A stretch of DNA of 32,000 nucleotides, taken from Candidatus Syntropharchaeum caldarium. Lineage in GTDB: Archaea; Halobacteriota; Syntropharchaeia; Syntropharchaeales; Syntropharchaeaceae. Below the pieces are notes generated by a model that ran no database searches, was not told where the DNA came from, and was given only the letters and a program-made list of their open reading frames with translations. Positions 16,086 through 26,815 of this stretch are shown piece after piece (positions within the stretch are counted from its first letter, which is position 1; every line of letters starts with the position of its first letter). The stretch lies in contig LYOS01000001.1 in the NCBI GenBank assembly GCA_001766815.1, forward strand, positions 150,001-182,000. Direction: 5' to 3'. Both the position numbers and the translations under genes were made by a program.

Positions 16086-16168
16086 TCCCCACAGGCTAAC
16101 TGGATTTTAATTCCTATCAGAACAAAAGTACTCTCCAGGCCTGCGCCTTACCGCTCGACCATCCCGGC
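16051..16168 (-). tRNA. tRNA-Ser(GGA), type II, with a 35-nt intron at the canonical 37/38 position (intron 16098-16132)
   Basis: Folded by hand. Acceptor stem GCCGGGA/TCCCGGC with discriminator G. D arm GTC-GAGCGGTAA-GGC. Anticodon stem CAGGC/GCCTG with loop CTGGAG^A interrupted by AGTACTTTTGTTCTGATAGGAATTAAAATCCAGTT. Long variable arm GGGGA-TTA-TCCCC. T arm AAGGG-TTCAAAT-CCCTT. No encoded CCA. Confidence 0.88.
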
Positions 16169-16192
16169 ACACGGATGTATATCTGTCTCGTG

Positions 16193-16200
16193 GTATTTAA
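16193..16200 (-). promoter_or_regulatory. TATA box (TTAAATAC on the minus strand) for tRNA-Ser
   Basis: It is centred ~28 nt upstream of the tRNA 5' end and overlaps the carB stop codon (16197-16199). The same TTAAATACC motif precedes rps15. Confidence 0.45.
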
Positions 16201-19200
16201 GTTTGATTCGTGATCTCTTTATGGTATTCCCGCAACGATACCACGTCCATATCTGACGCCCGCTGGATTGCGGTTGCAGCTGCAATAGCGGCTCTTATCG
16301 TTGTGATATATGGCACACCAAAATCAACCGCAGCTCGTCTGATCTCATAGCCGTCCCGTCTGGACTGTTTGCTGCGAGGTGTGTTTATGATAAGATCAAC
16401 CTCGGAGCGTCTTATGAGATCGACGATATTCGGTGAACCTTCGCTGACCTTCTTTACTGTTTCTGCATCGATGCCGTGATCACGGAGGTATCTTGCGGTT
16501 CCTGAGGTTGCAATAAGCTTCAGGCCGGACTCTGCAATACTTTTTGCAACTTCAAGGATATCATCCTTGTCTTCATCCCTTATTGAGAGAAATACTGTAC
16601 CCTGCTTTGGAATCATATTCTCTGCTGCAAGTTCTGCCTTGTAGAATGCGGTTGCAAAGTCGTAATCGATCCCCATCACCTCCCCTGTGGATCGCATCTC
16701 GGGTCCAAGTAGTGGATCTGCTCCAGGTAGCTTATCAAACGGGAGAAGCACCTCTTTTACGGAAACACACCTGGGTTCAGGTTCATCTGTGTATCCAAGC
16801 TCTTTCAGGGTTTTTCCAGTAATCACCTTTGCTGCGATCTTTGCAAGCGGAATGCCGATCGCCTTTGATACAAACGGTATCGTGCGTGATGATCTTGGAT
16901 TTGCCTCAAGCACATAGACGATACCATCTTTTACAGCAAGCTGGAGGTTTAAAAGCCCTTTGACATTCATCGAAAGTGCAATCTTCTTCACATATTCACG
17001 CACGGTATCAAGTATATCTTCAGAGAGTGATTGTGCTGGTATCACACATGCCGAGTCACCCGAATGGATGCCTGCCTCCTCGATATGTTCCATGATCGCA
17101 CCGATCAGTACGTCCTCACCATCTGAAACTGCATCCACGTCGATCTCGACCGCATGCTCAAGAAAGTCATCGATCAGGACAGGATGATCTGGTGAGACCC
17201 TGACAGCTTCATCCATGTATCTATCAAGATCCTCTGCATCATAGACAATCTCCATCGCTCTGCCACCAAGGACATAGGACGGTCTCACGAGCACCGGATA
17301 CCCGATCTTTTCTGCAACCGCATGGGCCTCATCCCGTGATGTGGCGTATCCTGCATCAGGTTGTGGGATCTGAAGCTTCCGTAAGAGGAGATTGAAGCGT
17401 TTTCGATCCTCTGCAAGATCCATATCTTCAGGACTTGTTCCAAGAATCTTTGTATCAAGATCAGGTCTTCGTGAAAGCTCATTTGCAAGCGGGATCGCAA
17501 GGTTAACAGAGGTCTGCCCCCCAAACTGAACACATACACCGTATGGCTTCTCAGCCTCGATGATATTCATCACATCCTCGAGTGTGAGCGGCTCAAAGAA
17601 GAGCTTATCAGAGGTATCAAAATCTGTGGATACGGTCTCAGGATTGTTATTTACAATATGTGCCTCAATTCCCTCCTCTCTAAGAGCCATTACAGCATGC
17701 ACGGTGCAGTAATCAAACTCAATGCCCTGTCCGATCCTGATTGGTCCTGCACCGAGGATAAGAACCTTTTTTCTGTGAGATGGTTCTATCTCTGTCTCAT
17801 ATTCGTAAGATGAGTAGTAGTAGGGTGTCTTTGCCGCAAACTCAGCAGCACAGGTATCAACCATTTTATAGACTGGAAGAATCCCGAGATCATGGCGCAG
17901 GTCAGAGACCTCTTCCCGTTTCATTCCGGAAAGGGCTGCAATCCGCTCGTCTGTCAACCCAATCCGTTTTGCAGCTTTAAGAGTGTCCCTATCAAGCTTT
18001 TTAGCCTTTATTTTATCTTCAACCTCGATGATGTTCCTCAACTTCTTTATGAAGAAACGATCAAAACCTGTAAGTGCTGCAATCCGTTCATCACTAAATC
18101 CAATCCTTAACGCACGATATATCGCAAAGAGCCGCTTATCTGTTGGGGTTTCAAGAAGCCTTATCACTTCTTCCTCTTCCCATTCATCATTGCCGAAGCT
18201 GGTATCAATATCAAGCGATCTCACGGCTTTTAAGAGCGCTTCCTCGATTGTGCGTCCGATCGCCATCACCTCGCCTGTTGACTTCATCGAGGTGGTAAGT
18301 GTATTATCCGCAGTCACAAACTTATCAAATGGCCAGCGCGGTATCTTGACAACAACGTAATCGATCGCAGGCTCAAATGAGGCAGGTGTCTCGCCCGTGA
18401 CATTGTTCCTGATCTCATCAAGATGAAGCCCAATGGCGATCTTTGCGGCGACCCTTGCGATCGGATAGCCCGTTGCCTTTGATGCAAGTGCTGATGACCT
18501 TGAAACTCTCGGATTCACCTCAATGACCTTGTATTCTCCGTCTTTCACCGCAAACTGGATGTTACAGCCACCCTCAATACCAAGCGATCGTATGATATTT
18601 ATCGAAGCAGTTCTTAGCATCTGGTGCTCATTATCGCTAAGGGTCTGTGAGGGAGTTACAACGATCGATTCACCTGTGTGAATTCCCATTGGGTCAAGGT
18701 TTTCCATGTTACAGATCGTGATGCAGGTATCGTTTGAGTCACGCATTACCTCATACTCAAACTCTTTCCATCCAAGCACGCTCTCCTCGACAAGCACCTG
18801 ATTTATCCGTGACCGTTTGATCCCCAATTCACAGATCTTCCTGAGCTCATCCCGCGTGCGAGCGATGCCACCCCCTGAACCACCAAGCGTGTATGCAGGA
18901 CGGATTATAAGTGGCAAACCAAGCTCATCGATCATCGCCTCCGCTTCCTCGATCGATGTAACAGCACGGCTCTCTGGAACAGGTTCGCCTATCTCAATCA
19001 TCGCCTTCCTGAAAAGATCACGATCTTCAGCCTCATAAATCGCCTCAAGCGGCGTTCCGAGAATTTTAACCCCGTATTTTTCAAGTACGCCCTTCTCTGC
19101 AAGCTCTGCTGTTAGATTGAGTCCTGTCTGCCCCCCAACTCCAGCCATGATACCATCGGGGCGTTCTTTCTCGATGATCTTCTCGACGATCTCGGATTTC

Positions 19201-19406
19201 AATGGTTCGAGATACACAGCATCAGCAGTGTCAGGATCGGTCATGATCGTTGCGGGGTTTGAGTTTACAAGCACAACTGATACACCTTCCTCACGGAGCG
19301 ACCTGCATGCCTGACTTCCTGAAAAGTCGAATTCGGCAGCCTGTCCAATCAAAATTGGACCTGAACCGAGAATAAGCACTTTTTTTATTGTTTCATCTAC
19401 TGGCAT
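16197..19406 (-). CDS. carB: Carbamoyl-phosphate synthase large subunit
   Basis: 1069 aa with duplicated ATP-grasp halves ([19 protein letters not shown] and [17 protein letters not shown]) and a C-terminal MGS-like domain. Confidence 0.97.
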   Translation of the reverse strand: MPVDETIKKVLILGSGPILIGQAAEFDFSGSQACRSLREEGVSVVLVNSNPATIMTDPDTADAVYLEPLKSEIVEKIIEKERPDGIMAGVGGQTGLNLTAELAEKGVLEKYGVKILGTPLEAIYEAEDRDLFRKAMIEIGEPVPESRAVTSIEEAEAMIDELGLPLIIRPAYTLGGSGGGIARTRDELRKICELGIKRSRINQVLVEESVLGWKEFEYEVMRDSNDTCITICNMENLDPMGIHTGESIVVTPSQTLSDNEHQMLRTASINIIRSLGIEGGCNIQFAVKDGEYKVIEVNPRVSRSSALASKATGYPIARVAAKIAIGLHLDEIRNNVTGETPASFEPAIDYVVVKIPRWPFDKFVTADNTLTTSMKSTGEVMAIGRTIEEALLKAVRSLDIDTSFGNDEWEEEEVIRLLETPTDKRLFAIYRALRIGFSDERIAALTGFDRFFIKKLRNIIEVEDKIKAKKLDRDTLKAAKRIGLTDERIAALSGMKREEVSDLRHDLGILPVYKMVDTCAAEFAAKTPYYYSSYEYETEIEPSHRKKVLILGAGPIRIGQGIEFDYCTVHAVMALREEGIEAHIVNNNPETVSTDFDTSDKLFFEPLTLEDVMNIIEAEKPYGVCVQFGGQTSVNLAIPLANELSRRPDLDTKILGTSPEDMDLAEDRKRFNLLLRKLQIPQPDAGYATSRDEAHAVAEKIGYPVLVRPSYVLGGRAMEIVYDAEDLDRYMDEAVRVSPDHPVLIDDFLEHAVEIDVDAVSDGEDVLIGAIMEHIEEAGIHSGDSACVIPAQSLSEDILDTVREYVKKIALSMNVKGLLNLQLAVKDGIVYVLEANPRSSRTIPFVSKAIGIPLAKIAAKVITGKTLKELGYTDEPEPRCVSVKEVLLPFDKLPGADPLLGPEMRSTGEVMGIDYDFATAFYKAELAAENMIPKQGTVFLSIRDEDKDDILEVAKSIAESGLKLIATSGTARYLRDHGIDAETVKKVSEGSPNIVDLIRRSEVDLIINTPRSKQSRRDGYEIRRAAVDFGVPYITTIRAAIAAATAIQRASDMDVVSLREYHKEITNQT

Positions 19407-19416
19407 CCCTCTTCCC

Positions 19417-20493
19417 TCAATTCTCTATCACATCAACGATCTGATTAAAGAACCAGGCTTCAGTATCCCTTGGACCAGGGTGTGCTTCGGGGTGATACTG
19501 GACACAGAATATGTTAAGGTACGGGCATGCAATTCCTTCAACCGTCTCATCGTTTGTGTTGATCTGGGTAATTTTGATCTCTGTACCTTCAATCGAGTCC
19601 CCATCAACTGCAAATCCGTGATTCTGTGATGTGATATAGACTTTTCCGTCTCTCAGATTTTTTACAGGTTGATTTGCCCCTCTATGTCCGAACTTCAGCT
19701 TGTACGTATCCGCCCCAAGCGCCCTCGCGATCACCTGATGGCCAAGACAGATTCCTGCTATGGGTAGTGAGCCTGCAAGCTCTGATACAAGTCTGATTGC
19801 AGCTTTAGCCTGTTTTGGATCGCCCGGACCATTTGAGAGCAACAACAGGTCTGGATTTACTGATTCAAGATCTGATGCCTTTGAATCTGCTGGAAAGACA
19901 AAGATATCCAGTTTTCTTCGCATTAAACTCTTCAAAATATTATTTTTAATTCCAAGATCTATAACAGCGATTCTTTTACCATCCCCTTCAATATGATACA
20001 TACGTTTACATGTGACACGGCTGATGAGATCGAGTTCTGAGATCTCCTGCTCCCTGCATGCAAGCTCGACCGCCCTGCTGCCATCCACTGTTTTGCCTGT
20101 CATCAGACATGCCTTGAGTGTACCATGCTCACGGATTTTTATCGTGAGTGCTCGTGTATCGACACCTGCGATTCCAGGCTTTCTTTCGCTTTCCAGAAAG
20201 TCGTGGATCGAGTTTAGCGATCGATGGGAAGATGGGTGATCACATGCCTCCCTTACAACAAGTCCCTCTGCCTGCATCCTCTCTGACTGGAACGTATCTG
20301 GGTTCAGTCCATAATTTCCGATCAATGGGTATGCAAACATTAAAATTTGTCCACTGTAAGAAGGATCGGTCAGTGCCTCCTCGTAGCCTGTAAACTGGGT
20401 TGTGAATACAAGTTCGCCACAGACGACACCTTCTATACCAAAACCCTCGCCATAAACTGTTGTACCGTCCTCCAATCCGATAACAGCATCCAT
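19417..20493 (-). CDS. carA: Carbamoyl-phosphate synthase small (glutaminase) subunit
   Basis: N-terminus [19 protein letters not shown], GATase motif GICLGHQ, and C-terminal HPEA. The start is set at the ATG at 20493 rather than the GTG at 20505. Confidence 0.93.
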   Translation of the reverse strand: MDAVIGLEDGTTVYGEGFGIEGVVCGELVFTTQFTGYEEALTDPSYSGQILMFAYPLIGNYGLNPDTFQSERMQAEGLVVREACDHPSSHRSLNSIHDFLESERKPGIAGVDTRALTIKIREHGTLKACLMTGKTVDGSRAVELACREQEISELDLISRVTCKRMYHIEGDGKRIAVIDLGIKNNILKSLMRRKLDIFVFPADSKASDLESVNPDLLLLSNGPGDPKQAKAAIRLVSELAGSLPIAGICLGHQVIARALGADTYKLKFGHRGANQPVKNLRDGKVYITSQNHGFAVDGDSIEGTEIKITQINTNDETVEGIACPYLNIFCVQYHPEAHPGPRDTEAWFFNQIVDVIEN

Positions 20494-20598
20494 CAAAGGA
20501 CTCACGGCATCGGCGTTAAAATAGCTTATGGTTTCGGAAGTATTTTATACAGAAAGCTCAAGCCTACGTCAGCAACGGTAATGTAATTGGGATGTATT

Positions 20599-21243
20599 AT
20601 GCTGGCGGTTCTTGAGATCAGGCGAAGAATGTACTGGGCGATCTCACTTTTTTTCAGCGGTGAGCCACCACGTGCACTTGCAGATGCGTTTATGAGCCGT
20701 GGAATGGTATTTCCTCATGCCGATCCTACACGTTACCCTGAACTTGCAGAAGGGTTTGCAGAACTGGAGGCGTTCGTATCATCATATGAGGATGCAGAAA
20801 CACTCCACCATGCAATGGTCAATGATTACCAGAAATTGTTTCCAAAGGATTCAAAGAACGGCATCTCGCGGTGTGAGTCAGACTGGATAGATGGGGAATC
20901 GTCGTCCACACTTCAGGCGGTTGAACGCGCGTATCTGTGTGCAGGATATGAACCGAGTGGTAATAAAGTCCTCTTCTTCAAGGATGATATCGCCATCGAG
21001 TCTGAGTTTATGCACTGTCTCTGCAAACGCTCAATCGAGGATCGAGATAACCTCGAGTATTACATCGAGCAGGAGGTATCATTTCTCCGCGAACATCTTT
21101 TAAAATGGGTTCCGAGCTTCTGTGATGCAATAATTGAACTATCTGATTCTGACTACTTCGTTGCTGTTGCAAAGATCACAAAAGGGTTTATCATAATGGA
21201 TTTAGAGATTGCAGAGATGATTCTATCCGGTGAGATCCTGTAA
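20599..21243 (+). CDS. TorD/NarJ/DmsD-family redox-enzyme maturation chaperone-like protein
   Basis: Family pattern: N-terminal R..YW.IS.FF..PP, then DYQKLF, then the DDIAIESEFMHCL motif (compare PDHIA.ELEFM), then HLLKWVPSF. The start is set at the ATG at 20599. Confidence 0.7.
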   Translation: MLAVLEIRRRMYWAISLFFSGEPPRALADAFMSRGMVFPHADPTRYPELAEGFAELEAFVSSYEDAETLHHAMVNDYQKLFPKDSKNGISRCESDWIDGESSSTLQAVERAYLCAGYEPSGNKVLFFKDDIAIESEFMHCLCKRSIEDRDNLEYYIEQEVSFLREHLLKWVPSFCDAIIELSDSDYFVAVAKITKGFIIMDLEIAEMILSGEIL

Positions 21244-21254
21244 CAAACTTATGG

Positions 21255-22001
21255 TTAGAGTTCGCCACGCGCCTCTCTGAGAACCCTCAGAACATCCCTT
21301 CGAAGCTGTATACATTCGATCGACGTTCGATCTCTGGGGCGCGGTATTCTATTTTCAAAAATCTTTTTTATCTTCGATGGCCGCCGATCAAGAACAAGTA
21401 TCCGATCGCCAAGATATGTTGCTTCATCGATCGAGTGGGTCACAAAGAGTATCGTCCGTTTCCTGCGCTGCCAGATCTCAATGAGCTCCTCCTGGAGGAG
21501 GTTTCTCGTCTGTGCATCAACCGCTGCAAACGGCTCATCCATCAGGATCACCTCTGGACTGATGACAAATACCCTGGCAAGTGCTGCCCGCTGTTTCATC
21601 CCTCCCGAAAGTTCGTGGGGATAGGCGTTCTCAAAGCCTTCGAGTCCGACGATACGAATCGCTTTTTGCGCAATCTCTCGCCGCTTCTGCTTATCAACCC
21701 CCCTGACCTCAAGCCCAAACTCAACATTCTCAATTACAGTTCGCCACATGAAGAGTGCATGCTCCTGAAAAACAAATCCAATCCTCGAGTCTATTTCTGT
21801 AACCAGCTCCCCATCGATCCAGATTTCCCCCTCATATTCACGATCAAGCCCGACGATGGCCCTCAGGATCGTGCTTTTTCCGCAACCAGAGGGGCCAACC
21901 ATACACAGGATCTCACCATCCAGCACATCAAAGCTCAGATTATCAATGACTAAAAGATCGCCAAATCGTTTTGTAAGTCCTACAACCCTGATACCACTCA
22001 T
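21255..22001 (-). CDS. ABC transporter ATP-binding protein (NitT/TauT nitrate/sulfonate/bicarbonate-type)
   Basis: Walker A GPSGCGKST, signature LSGGMKQRAALAR, Walker B ILMDEPFAAVD. It overlaps the permease gene by 4 nt. Confidence 0.92.
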   Translation of the reverse strand: MSGIRVVGLTKRFGDLLVIDNLSFDVLDGEILCMVGPSGCGKSTILRAIVGLDREYEGEIWIDGELVTEIDSRIGFVFQEHALFMWRTVIENVEFGLEVRGVDKQKRREIAQKAIRIVGLEGFENAYPHELSGGMKQRAALARVFVISPEVILMDEPFAAVDAQTRNLLQEELIEIWQRRKRTILFVTHSIDEATYLGDRILVLDRRPSKIKKIFENRIPRPRDRTSIECIQLRRDVLRVLREARGEL

Positions 22002-22756
22002 GCAACGACACCTTTACGCCAACGAAGCACCTTTGACTCATACTTCCTGATGCCAATATCACTGGAGATCCCGATGATTCCAAGTACCAGCATATAGGCA
22101 AAGATTCGTGCCATATCCATATAGTTCCTTGATAGTGTAAGTTCCAGTCCAATTCCTCCACCTGCACCAAACATCTCCCCTGCAACAAGACACATCCATG
22201 CCGCAGCGTTACTCACCCTTATTCCTGTAAAGATACGCGGGAGTGATGCTGGAAATATGATCTTTCGTATCATCGTGAATTCATCCCTGACTCCGAGGGT
22301 CATCGCAGCCTCTATATCTGTCTTATTCACACTCTTTGCCCCGTCATAGGTATTAATCAATGTGGGAAAGAAGGCACCGATGAATATGATGAAACCTGCA
22401 GCCCATGGCGTAAATCCCAGCCAGATGATCGCAACAGGAATCCACGCAATTGGCGGAATGGGTCGCATCATCTCCTCTATGGGGTAGAGCAAATCCTCAA
22501 CCAGTCTGATTCTCCCCATTATAATACCAAGTGGTATTGCAAAAAGAAGTGCGCCACCAAATCCGATAAGATAATGAATGAAGCTATCCTTGATTGCTGC
22601 CTGGAGTGTTCCTTTTTCAATCTCTATCGGTATCTTCTCGATCGCTTCTGAAGGAGGGGGAAGATAATCGGGATTGACCACTCCTATCATCGGTAAGAGT
22701 TCCCATAAAAAGAAAAATATGAGAAGACCGAGGATGTTTACCGTTCTTCTATTCAC
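21998..22756 (-). CDS. ABC transporter permease (NitT/TauT-type)
   Basis: About 6 TM helices, with the EAA-like loop region TLGVRDEFTMIRKIIFPASLP. It overlaps both neighbouring genes by 4 nt. Confidence 0.9.
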   Translation of the reverse strand: MNRRTVNILGLLIFFFLWELLPMIGVVNPDYLPPPSEAIEKIPIEIEKGTLQAAIKDSFIHYLIGFGGALLFAIPLGIIMGRIRLVEDLLYPIEEMMRPIPPIAWIPVAIIWLGFTPWAAGFIIFIGAFFPTLINTYDGAKSVNKTDIEAAMTLGVRDEFTMIRKIIFPASLPRIFTGIRVSNAAAWMCLVAGEMFGAGGGIGLELTLSRNYMDMARIFAYMLVLGIIGISSDIGIRKYESKVLRWRKGVVA

Positions 22757-23790
22757 ATTCCTCGCTCCTCGATAACCTCATCATAGAAGCTGTAATCAAA
22801 GATATCAGATTCGCTCAGCTGCTCATCGATGTAACCACGCTTATAGTGAATACTGACAATATCCATCGTTGCATCGGTGATATTATGTGGATTGGAGTCA
22901 AATCCGATTGGAATCGGTCCTTCAGCTTTAAGCCCACGCAGGATTGCTTCTTTCGGGTAGCCATGTTCTTCCCATTCGAGGAAATTATTGACAATCTCTG
23001 CAGTCTCCTCCGGGTGGTTCATCACATACTCGGTTGCATTGATATGAATCTCAACGAGCTTCTTCACGATATCAGGATGGTTCTCGATGAGATCCTCTGA
23101 AACAAGAAGCACACAGCAGGGATGGTTTGGGTATGTCTCGTACGAGGTGAGATTTGTAAAAGCACCATATCCTGCAACAACCGGGATTTCTGTAAGCTCC
23201 TCAGAGAAGTAAATCGCATCAAGATTCTTTGTGGCAAGCCCGGACATCATGTCGCCCACACCCATATACTTAACCGTCACCTTGTTTTTATCAAGTCTGC
23301 CCTCGGCCGCCATCTTGTTCATCCAGTTATCAAAGATGACATCCTGGATAGATCCACTCGTCAGCGTTCCGATCGTCTTACCTTCAAGATCGCTTGGCCT
23401 GGTATATATCCAGTCAGGCGTGCCGTTTGTCGCAGCAACAACAAGTACCTGTGCCTCCTTCTGGGCTGCTGCAACGACCTTTGCATCAAGTCCGTGTCCT
23501 ATTGCATTGATGACCGGGGAGATGCCGACATAAGCCACATTCATCTCGCCAGCGCGCATTGCCTCCATCTCAGGCGAGCCGCCAGCCCAGTAAATACCAG
23601 CAACCTCTGCATCTATCCCCGCATCTTCGAACCATCCCTTCTCAAATGCGACCATCCCTGCGGCGTGATGTGCTGCGGGCTGAAAGCCGATTCTAAGTGT
23701 ACCTGTCGCCTTTTCTTCTGGTGTGATACAGCCTGAGACTGATAGAATAATAGTTACTACAGCTATACTAATCAATAACCTTTTATACAT
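22753..23790 (-). CDS. ABC transporter substrate-binding lipoprotein (NMT1/THI5- or SsuA-like)
   Basis: Signal peptide with a lipobox-like SVSGC. The GTLRIGFQPAAHH...AYVGISPVINA pattern is typical of NitT/TauT-family binding proteins. The substrate cannot be called from sequence. Confidence 0.85.
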   Translation of the reverse strand: MYKRLLISIAVVTIILSVSGCITPEEKATGTLRIGFQPAAHHAAGMVAFEKGWFEDAGIDAEVAGIYWAGGSPEMEAMRAGEMNVAYVGISPVINAIGHGLDAKVVAAAQKEAQVLVVAATNGTPDWIYTRPSDLEGKTIGTLTSGSIQDVIFDNWMNKMAAEGRLDKNKVTVKYMGVGDMMSGLATKNLDAIYFSEELTEIPVVAGYGAFTNLTSYETYPNHPCCVLLVSEDLIENHPDIVKKLVEIHINATEYVMNHPEETAEIVNNFLEWEEHGYPKEAILRGLKAEGPIPIGFDSNPHNITDATMDIVSIHYKRGYIDEQLSESDIFDYSFYDEVIEERGM

Positions 23791-23858
23791 AATTAGATTC
23801 TACCTCCACTCAATATTTATAATTTACGTTTGTTAACTCTGACCTGATTACCCAAAAG

Positions 23859-23866
23859 TATAAATA
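23859..23866 (+). promoter_or_regulatory. TATA box TATAAATA for the HTH regulator gene
   Basis: It is centred ~27 nt upstream of the ATG at 23890, implying a leaderless mRNA. A purine-rich (AAAAG) BRE-like stretch lies immediately upstream. Confidence 0.45.
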
Positions 23867-23889
23867 AATTGCTGTTTCATCCAATTATA

Positions 23890-24417
23890 ATGGGTGTTGC
23901 CGATGAACTTTTATCAGAGGTTTTTGGATCAAATGAAGAGATTTCAACACTTCTTGGAAGGACGATAAAGCAGAAACTCGGAATGACCGTGGGAGAGTTC
24001 AGCAAGCAATCGGGAATACCAGCGAGCACGCTGTATAAGATCCTTTCAGGTGAGCGAGATCCAAACCTGCGTACATTCAGAAAAATCATCTCAACGATCA
24101 GAGAAATCGAGAACATGGGTGCAGAAGAACGCGGGTTCATTGCTGTGATTGCCTCAAGAGGCATCCTGGACAATATCGAGATGAAAGAGATATTTGCCAA
24201 TGACATAAATATCGGTATAAAGGAGTATGCTGCGACAAATATCGAGGATACGATCGTTGCGGCGATTCAGGCAGAACGGGGAGGGGCATCGGCGATTGTC
24301 TGTGCCCCAATCTGTAGTCCGACGATCGAGAAGATAGTGGAGATACCTGTTGCTACGATAAAACCGAAATCGAGCGTGATCGAGGCGATAAAAGTTGCAA
24401 AAAAGAAAATCGAGTAA
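23890..24417 (+). CDS. XRE-type HTH transcriptional regulator with an uncharacterised C-terminal domain
   Basis: HTH segment TVGEFSKQSGIPASTLYKILSGERDPNLRTFRKI. It is divergent from the ABC operon. The start is set at the ATG at 23890, because the ORF-track start is a TTG. Confidence 0.75.
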   Translation: MGVADELLSEVFGSNEEISTLLGRTIKQKLGMTVGEFSKQSGIPASTLYKILSGERDPNLRTFRKIISTIREIENMGAEERGFIAVIASRGILDNIEMKEIFANDINIGIKEYAATNIEDTIVAAIQAERGGASAIVCAPICSPTIEKIVEIPVATIKPKSSVIEAIKVAKKKIE

Positions 24418-24450
24418 CGTTTTTATATCAAAACTTCCTTATTAAAACCT

Positions 24451-25347
24451 GTGACTGACCTCGGGAGGATATTAGGAGATGGTTTTGAGACGTGGAAACA
24501 AAACCTGAATCTTGCAGTGCCATTTATTCTTGAACAGATCCTGATCTGGGTTATGCTGGTTATCGCTATTCTGGTTGCATTTTTCACTGCATTCGCCTCA
24601 ATCATCCCATATTTAGAGAAGCTTGGACCAGAACCTGCTCCAGAAGCACTCTTTGAACTATGGACGGTGGTTGCACCTTTTATTGGTATATTCCTCATAG
24701 GCGTTCTCATTATCTCGATTCTTTTAATGCTGGTCGATGCGTTCATCTGGGCAGGCGCTGTAGGGATGGCAAAGCTTGCGATCGAGACGGGAGAGTGCAG
24801 GATTGGGGATATGTTTGATTACGGAAAGAAGCATTTTCTGGCGGTTTTTATCTCGAATATATTGGTCGGCATTGCCTTCCTTCTCGGTTTTTTGGCACTG
24901 GTACCAGGAGTAGTTGTTATGGCGACCTCTGTGGTGGGCGTTATGCTCCTCGTTCTTGGTGCGCTCATCATGATTTTATACCAGATCTTTGTCGCCCTAT
25001 CATTCTATCTTGCACGCTTTGCGATCGTTGTGGATGGAGTGGGCGCAATCGAAGGAATGAAAAGGTCATACAGGGTATTTAAATCAAACAAGCTTGATAT
25101 GTTACTCTTAGGTGTGATTCTTTTTGCAGCGGTATTTGTTGTTGAGATATCGTATGTGATCATCCTCATGTTAGCTTCGGTGATCCCTGTAATTGGGGGT
25201 GCCCTTCAGATGATACTGCAAATTGCCTTCTCGCTCATTGTGATACCCATGCTCATTGCGCTTATGGTGGTATGGCTGACAGAGTTCTATATCGATCGAT
25301 CTGCACATCTTCACTCACCTGAGACCATGATTACAGGTGACATTTAG
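24451..25347 (+). CDS. Polytopic membrane protein, function unknown
   Basis: At least 6 hydrophobic helices (for example ILIWVMLVIAILVAFFTAFASII and LLGFLALVPGVVVMATSVVGVMLLVLGALIMI). The GTG start is uncertain. Confidence 0.7.
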   Translation: MTDLGRILGDGFETWKQNLNLAVPFILEQILIWVMLVIAILVAFFTAFASIIPYLEKLGPEPAPEALFELWTVVAPFIGIFLIGVLIISILLMLVDAFIWAGAVGMAKLAIETGECRIGDMFDYGKKHFLAVFISNILVGIAFLLGFLALVPGVVVMATSVVGVMLLVLGALIMILYQIFVALSFYLARFAIVVDGVGAIEGMKRSYRVFKSNKLDMLLLGVILFAAVFVVEISYVIILMLASVIPVIGGALQMILQIAFSLIVIPMLIALMVVWLTEFYIDRSAHLHSPETMITGDI

Positions 25348-25389
25348 AAAGACTTTTATGCACCCGATATTGAGGAACAGGATGATAGA

Positions 25390-26814
25390 ATGGTGAATTT
25401 GCAGACGACTGATGTAGATGTTATGATCGGGCTTGAGTGTCACGTGCAGATCAACAAGCTCAATACCAAGCTATTTTGTGGGTGTTCTTCAGATTACCAC
25501 GATGACCCCCCAAACACCCATACATGTCCTGTTTGTCTTGGGCTCCCAGGTGCACTCCCTGTTATAAACAGGCGAGCTGTTGAGTGCGGGATAAAGGTTG
25601 CACTTGCTCTTGGCTGCAAGATTCAGGAGGAGACACTCTTCTATCGGAAAAACTACTACTATCCCGATCTTCCACGGGGCTTCCAGATTTCGCAGTACGA
25701 CTTCCCGCTTGCAACAGATGGAATCGTATATCTTGAAAAAGATATAAAGCGCGGGATTCGGATCAATCGTGTTCACATGGAGGAAGATCCAGGCAGACTT
25801 GTTCATAAGGGCGCGATCGAAGAGGCGAAGTACACAATGGTTGACTACAACCGTTCAGGAATGCCGCTTCTTGAAATTGTGACCGAGCCAGATCTGAGAT
25901 CACCTCGTGAAGCGAGACAGTTCCTGAATAAGATCAGAAACATCCTCGAGTACCTTGACGTCTTTGATGGCGATCTTGAAGGTTCATTGCGGGTCGATGC
26001 AAATATCTCGATCAATGGGGGCGACCGCACAGAGGTTAAGAACATATCTTCATACAAAGGAGTGGAGAAAGCCCTTCTTTTTGAGCTGAATCGTCAGAAG
26101 AATGTATTGCGAAGGGGGAAGAAGGTTGAACAGGAGACGCGTCATTTTGACGAGACGCGCGGTATCACGATCCCACTCAGAACAAAGGAAGCAGAGTATG
26201 ATTACAGATATTTTCCTGAACCAGATCTCGTTCTCATGCGGCTTGGAGGATGGATCGATGAAATAAAAGAAAGTTTGCCTGAACTCCCTGATGCAAAGCG
26301 GGAGCGATTTTTGCGTGAGTACAACATCTCAGAGATTCATGCAACCATTCTGACTTCTGATGTCCATCTTGCAGACTTTTTTGAAGCAGTTGCATCCAGG
26401 ATTGATCCAGGCATCTGCACATCATGGATTGCAGACGTACTGAAGGGGGAACTCAACTATCGCGGAATCAAAGTAAATCGTATCGCGAAAGAGGACTTCA
26501 TCGAGCTTATGCAGCTTCTTGTGGAGGACAAAATAACAGATCATGGTGCTATAGAGGTTATACGCACACTCCTTGATCATGGCGGAGACGTCAAGGAGAT
26601 TGTAAGCGAGAAAGGACTTTTAAAGGCTGAGATCGATGAAACCGAGAAAGCAGTCAACGAAGTCATCAAAGAGTTTCCAGCAGCAGTCAATGACTACCGG
26701 TCAGGAAAAAAGGAGGCGCTCAACTATCTTGTGGGCCAGGTGATGCGAAAGACGCGTGGGCGAGCTGACCCAGAACATGCAAATAGACTGCTTCTTGAAA
26801 GAATTGAGGAGTGA
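25390..26814 (+). CDS. gatB: Aspartyl/glutamyl-tRNA(Asn/Gln) amidotransferase subunit B
   Basis: IGLECHVQINKLNTKLFCGC, HMEEDPGRL, and a YqeY-like tail (NYLVGQVMRKTRGRADP). The 474-aa length fits GatB, not GatE. Confidence 0.93.
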   Translation: MVNLQTTDVDVMIGLECHVQINKLNTKLFCGCSSDYHDDPPNTHTCPVCLGLPGALPVINRRAVECGIKVALALGCKIQEETLFYRKNYYYPDLPRGFQISQYDFPLATDGIVYLEKDIKRGIRINRVHMEEDPGRLVHKGAIEEAKYTMVDYNRSGMPLLEIVTEPDLRSPREARQFLNKIRNILEYLDVFDGDLEGSLRVDANISINGGDRTEVKNISSYKGVEKALLFELNRQKNVLRRGKKVEQETRHFDETRGITIPLRTKEAEYDYRYFPEPDLVLMRLGGWIDEIKESLPELPDAKRERFLREYNISEIHATILTSDVHLADFFEAVASRIDPGICTSWIADVLKGELNYRGIKVNRIAKEDFIELMQLLVEDKITDHGAIEVIRTLLDHGGDVKEIVSEKGLLKAEIDETEKAVNEVIKEFPAAVNDYRSGKKEALNYLVGQVMRKTRGRADPEHANRLLLERIEE

Positions 26815-26815
26815 T

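Noticed and set aside
16098-16132. A C/D-box sRNA embedded in the tRNA-Ser intron, as in some archaeal tRNA-Trp introns.
   Set aside because: Only a single CTGA (box-D-like) is present. There is no TGATGA box C, and 35 nt is too short for a C/D guide RNA.
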